DNA of 64,000 nucleotides from contig NC_043007.1 in NCBI RefSeq assembly GCF_006345805.1, positions 43,338,001-43,402,000 of the forward strand, given 5' to 3'. Source of the DNA: Octopus sinensis (lineage: Eukaryota). Shown in pieces: positions 59,141 to 64,000 of the stretch. How positions within the stretch are numbered: the stretch's first letter is position 1; each line of letters opens with the position of its first letter. Made by a program: the position numbers and the translations under genes. The notes under the pieces were generated by a model. The model saw only the letters and a program-made list of their open reading frames with translations, had not been told where the DNA came from and ran no database searches.

Positions 59141-60800
59141 AATAATAATAATAATAATAATAATAATTGTGTACAGTGCTCAGGTGCACTACAACTCATC
59201 TAAAGTGTATATATAATCAGGTGAAGTTTCGGCGGATTTCGGAAAGCATGAGGGCCTTAAAAGATGCAGTGTCATGGCAGTCAACAACTGACGCAGGCAG
59301 TTTATTCCATGCTTCAGCAACTCTGAGCGTGAAAAAATGTTTCCGAAAGTCATGGGAGCTGTATTGTTTTCTGACTTTGTAGGCATGTCCACGTGTGTTA
59401 GACACATGGAGATCAAAAGGTGTTCAGTGTTGTTGTTGGTGAGGTGGTTGATAACTTTGTGGGTGTTTACCAAGTCCGTCGCCAAACGCCGGAGCTTCAG
59501 TGAATCCATGCCCAGGGAAACAAGGCGCTCAGAATATGGTAGGTGTCTGATGGAGGGTATGCGTTTGGTTGCACGTCTCTGGACAGATTCCAGGAGGTCA
59601 ATGTTCTGTGCAAGATAGGGGTTCCAAACTGATGATGCGAATTCCAAGTGTGGTCGTACCATAGCTGTATACAGTTTTAAATAGATGGCTGGAGAGCGGC
59701 TAACAAAAGACCTGCTGAGTGATGCCAAGACACCCTCGGCCTTCCTGACAATCTTAGAGATATGCTTTGACCAACGCAGATCACTGCTGACAGTGATGCC
59801 TAGGTCACGCTCGCAGAGGATTTCTTGATATCAGTGTTGTGGAGGGAGTATGTGAACGCAGGGTTTTTTCTCCCAAAATGCATGGTGGTACACTTGTCCA
59901 CAGCCAGTTTCAGTTGCCAGTCTGTGATCCATTGCTGCATTGTGTCTAGGTCTGATTGCAGGAAAGAGTTGTAGACATCAGGATCTGTCCTCTTGATTTC
60001 AAGGTACAGCTTGATGTCGTCTGCATATTTCAATACTGTGGCATTCTTTAAATTGGCATCTATGTCGTTAATGTATGCCACAAACAAGAGGAGGCCAAGG
60101 ACAGATCCCTGTGGTACACCCGATGACATCTCATATGGTGTAGAGTGCTGTCCTAGAACTGTGACTACCTCCTTTCGGCTGAGGATGAAGGATTTCAACC
60201 AGTTATAAAGGTCATCCCCCACACCCATTGCAGAGAGTTTCACCATAAGCCTTTTGTGTGGCACAGAGTTGAAAGCCTTAGCAAAGTCAAGGTAGACAAC
60301 ATCCACCCATGAGCCCTGTCAGTGATCTGAGTAATGTCCTCAAGGAACTCGACAAGCTGGTCACTGCAGCTGGAGTTAGGGACAAATCCATATTGTGAGG
60401 GTCGGATGAGACTGTGAGAGCTCCAGAAGTTCCAGAGTGTTTCTCTGACACACGATTCCATCAGTTTTGCAATACAGCTAGTGAGACTGACTGGGCGATA
60501 GTTGACAGGTGATGTGCGGTCGCCCTTTTTGAACAGAGGAATGACACTGGCAGTTTTCCACTGCTCCGGAGTAGCACCATTGTTGAGACAGTACTGGAAG
60601 AAAATAGAAAGCTGGTGTTAAAAGGAAGTGCCTGCCACATTTGAGAAGCAGGTATGTAACTCCATCGAGACCAGGGGAGGCATAGTTGCGCTTATTTTGA
60701 AGGTGACGTTGCAGCATTGCAGGTGTAAATTCCATAGTTGTTATGGAGTTTGCTGTTAGTGATGGTGAAGATGGTACATTTTGACTTTCAACAGTGAATA
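59141..60800 (-). mobile_element. 5'-truncated CR1-like LINE (RT domain and (ATT)n tail), antisense in an EFCAB11-like intron
   Basis: DVVYLDFAKAFNSVPHKRL...SGVPQGSVLG.LLF..YIND...YADDIKLY; several frameshifts; (aat)n at 59141-59167. Confidence 0.92.
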
Positions 60801-61022
60801 TGTTTGCATAGCACTCGGCCGAGTGTTTCGGGCTTACCTCAAATTCCTAGTTATTGAGTTATTTTGTAGCTGCTGCCGATTATAAATGATTATAAGCTCT
60901 GTCTGAAGAGAATCAAAAGACAATTTATCTACCAGCAGTTTTAAGTCTCTAACTATTTGTTATCTTGTTTCTTTAATCATAGTCTAAAATAATTTATAAT
61001 TTTTAATTTTCTTTCCCTACAG

Positions 61023-61118
61023 GTATTTAAAGAATTTGACGAAGGCAATAAAAAGTATTTATCTCGAGAAGATATAAAAATGAGCATTCTATGTCTTTTT
61101 GGATACAAACCTTCGAAG
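61023..61118 (+). CDS. EFCAB11: EFCAB11-like exon with the first EF-hand (96 nt)
   Basis: ttttctttccctacag| VFKEFDEGNKKYLSREDIKMSILCLFGYKPSK |gtgatt; matches the recalled human EFCAB11 segment VFKACDEDHKGYLSREDFKTAVVMLFGYKPSK. Confidence 0.88.
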
Positions 61119-63355
61119 GTGATTTTTTAAATTAATTCTTAACATTTAAAATTAATTCTAAACTATTACAGTTTTGGAAACTTTTCCTTTTGACTGCTGG
61201 CATCAATTTCTGTTTGAATTAATTTCACATTCAGTGTAATGATATACTTTTATAGGCTAATGAATGACATGAAAATCATTTTTGCCATAAATCAATAAAT
61301 AAAAAGTTATTAGCAATAAAGTTTTAAAATTTTGGGGCCACAGACACATTCATGCCTGTTTCCATAGTAACAAACGAAACATGAGAACTCTTTTGTCTGC
61401 GAGAATACATGTGTCGACAAATATATTGAAACCACTTGTTTTTACCTGTCTGTTGACAATTGAACATGTGAGTTTATGTGGTGCAGGAGATATGAAAATT
61501 GTGATTTTTTTGAGAAATTGATTGAATGCATTTCTAACTTTTGTTTTCAATGAACTGGTCAACAAAATGTTTAAAAATATTTAATTTGTAACGTGCTATT
61601 TTGTTTTTAGATAAATCTTTTAAGTTTGTGCTATCGCATTAAATGCATTAAAGGCTTAAAACTACAAAAGACATGTTGTTTACCTGTTCTTTTTGTCATT
61701 GAGGTGGTTGTGAGGTGTGCTAAAAATAACAGCTAAATAACGTTTTTGGATAAATTTTTAAGTTTGTGCTATCACATTAAATGCATATTGAATACTTCGA
61801 ATTACAAAAGACGTGTTGTTTACTCGTTTTCCACATATAGAATACAAATATTGATAAGACGTGCTATTACGCACAAAATGACAGCTTCCAAATCCTGTTT
61901 CCTAACTGGGTGAAAATTATCAAACTTTAAACCTCTATAACTTTTTAAAAACACTTTTCTGGAAAAAGTGCAATATCTCCAGTAATTCAACTTGGAAAAG
62001 TACATTAATGTGTCAAATTTTAAAATTTTCACACCATCATCATCATTTTAATGTTCATTTTTCCATGTTGACATAGGGCAGACAGAATTTTGTTGAGGTA
62101 CATTTTCTACATTCAAATTGCCATTCTTGTTGCCAACCTTTCACCTGTTTCCAAGACATGTTTTTAATGGAAGATTAGGCACAAAGGATGTTCTCTTGCA
62201 TGACAGAGAAAATAATACATACTCATGTGCACACAAGTGCATTATATACAACAGGCTATTTTTAGTTTCCAACAACCAAATCTACTCATAAGGCTTTGAC
62301 TTGGATTGAACCTGGAACCATGCAGTTAGGAAGCAAGCTTTTTATCACATAGCCACTCACACCCACACATTCATGTTTGTGTGTGTAGGTGTATTTATCA
62401 TCAAGTCCACTATTATTGTCTGTCCTGCACCTTGACACTCCCACATCATTTTCCTGTTCCATTGGTATGGGACCTACCCACTTCCTGTTCTCCTACCACT
62501 ATTCTCACTATTCAACCATTCTTGTCCTTAAGAGACCATATTACATTGGATTTATTGTACCCAGTACAATTCACCTTCACCCTCATCATCCTATCCTGTA
62601 CTATCAGTCATCTCCCCCATTCGCTTTACCTGCTATTATACTCTTGCTTCTTTTTACCAGCTCACACACTGACTCTCATTCTATCTTCTTCTTCTCCTCC
62701 TCCTCCTCTATCTGCCATTATACTCTTGTTTTTCACCAACTCACACACTGACTCTTCTTCTTCTTCTCCTCTATCTGCCATTATACTGTTGCTTCTTTTC
62801 ATCACCTCTACACCCTGACTCACCTTCTGTCCTCCCTCTGTCTCTTGGGTCACATTGCTTCTGTTATCATCCTATCTTCTTGCTCACATTACTTTGTACT
62901 TGTTTCAGAATACTGAGTACCCTCAATACTTGTCCCTCTAATTACTTACCACTATCATTCATGTTTCTGTCTTATTGTTTGTGCCTTCCACTGGACCCGG
63001 CTACTTCTGTAGTAATGGTGTCACAAAAAAATCCACTCAGTACACTCTGTAAAGTCAAGGGGACCCTTTAGTTTTGTTGAGGATATGATATCTTCCCAGT
63101 GGTGAACCCAGTACACTCTGTAAAGTGGCTGGCTTCAAGAAGAACAAACAGTTGTTGAAACCATGCCAAAAATAAAACACATGAGTGAGATGTGGTCCTC
63201 TGATCTGTCTAAATGAGCAGTACCTGAGATTGTGAGCTGACTCTGAATATGGCGACTCACCTAACCCATGCCAGAATGGAAAGTGAATGTAAATCAAAGA
63301 TGATGATGACGATGACAACAATGACAATGAAGATGATATATTTATTTATTTGTAG

Positions 63356-63410
63356 TATGAAACTGATAGAATAATGCAAGCTTATTCTGATGAATTCAAT
63401 GAAGAAATGG
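63356..63410 (+). CDS. EFCAB11: EFCAB11-like next exon (55 nt); gene continues beyond the window
   Basis: tttatttgtag| YETDRIMQAYSDEFNEEM(G) |gtaagt; in frame after PSK, comparable to human IEVDSVMSS...G. Confidence 0.75.
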
Positions 63411-63483
63411 GTAAGTTTAATAATATTTATCTGGAAAACAAAGTAGTTTTAGAACGTTTTCATGTTTTCTAGAATGAATTTAA

Positions 63484-63704
63484 CCCTTTCATTACTGTAT
63501 TTATCTTGAGATGCTCTGTGTTTCTCTCAATTACTTTAAATATAACAAATAATTTAGTAAAATAACTCAGTTATCATTAAGCTAGTGTAAGGAACATTAA
63601 TTATGACTAAGCTTTAGTGGAAGATTTTAATTCGAAACTTATGAAAAGAAGACATTTGTACTACAGAGCCAGAGCTGGTTTCAGCCAGGTTGGTAACGAA
63701 AGGG
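63484..63704. mobile_element. piggyBac-type MITE, 221 bp
   Basis: TTAA|CCCTTTCATTAC ... GTAACGAAAGGG|CTAA (11/12 TIR match, degenerate TTAA TSD). Confidence 0.8.
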
Positions 63705-64000
63705 CTAAATTCAATTTCAGTTTACCATCATAATAATTTTGGTTATTTCTTTTAAAAGTCAGTTAATTTGCTTGATAATATTGGTTTCAAATTTTGGCAC
63801 AAGGCCATCAATTTTGAGGGTGGTGGTGGTGATAAGTCGATTACATTGACCCCAATGTTCAACTGGTACATATTTTATTGACCCCAAAATGATAAAAGGC
63901 AAAGTTCACCTCGGTGGAATTTGAACTCAGGGCATGCAGATGGATGAAATGCTGCTAAGCATTTTGCCTGATGTGCTAATGATTCTACCAACTCACCGCC

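Noticed and set aside
60896-60937. Alternative first exon for the EF-hand gene (ALSEENQKTIYLPA)
   Set aside because: In-frame TAA immediately upstream, no ATG and a weak donor; 58116-58211 is a much better candidate.
63387-63415. CTGATGA...GAAA hammerhead-like spacing
   Set aside because: Lies in the EFCAB11-like coding exon and lacks convincing stems I and III.

Overview
AT-rich, microsatellite- and repeat-dense eukaryotic genomic DNA. The SINE/LINE families and overall style suggest an octopus or other coleoid cephalopod (inference from recalled repeat families, not a database result). Genes found: one intact replication-dependent histone H2B (4390-4764, +) and one histone H4 (7972-8283, -) arranged tail-to-tail, with no H2A, H3 or H1 recognised in the window; a DNA-level H2B pseudogene (22448-22813) with near-complete CpG decay; a complete 9-exon alpha-SNAP (NAPA-like) gene (30560-47737, +, 293 aa); and the first three coding exons of an EFCAB11-like EF-hand gene (58116-63410, +), which continues past the window. 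Mobile DNA includes a full-length but decayed mariner, hAT and piggyBac-type MITEs, two Helitrons with shared ends, two solo LTRs with 4-bp TSDs, a Gypsy pol plus 3' LTR relic, HERO, CRE, RTE, CR1-like and Penelope-like fragments, several tRNA-derived SINE families, and a ~157-bp foldback/tandem repeat family around the histone genes. The most striking unexplained signal is a set of hammerhead-ribozyme-like motifs: in both arms of three long palindromes (10878-11479, 15150-15633, 27691-28093), as a solo motif in alpha-SNAP intron 1 (37055-37107), and just downstream of a Penelope-like endonuclease relic (57558-57616). All calls were made by eye; exon and ribozyme coordinates were counted base by base, while repeat boundaries are approximate.
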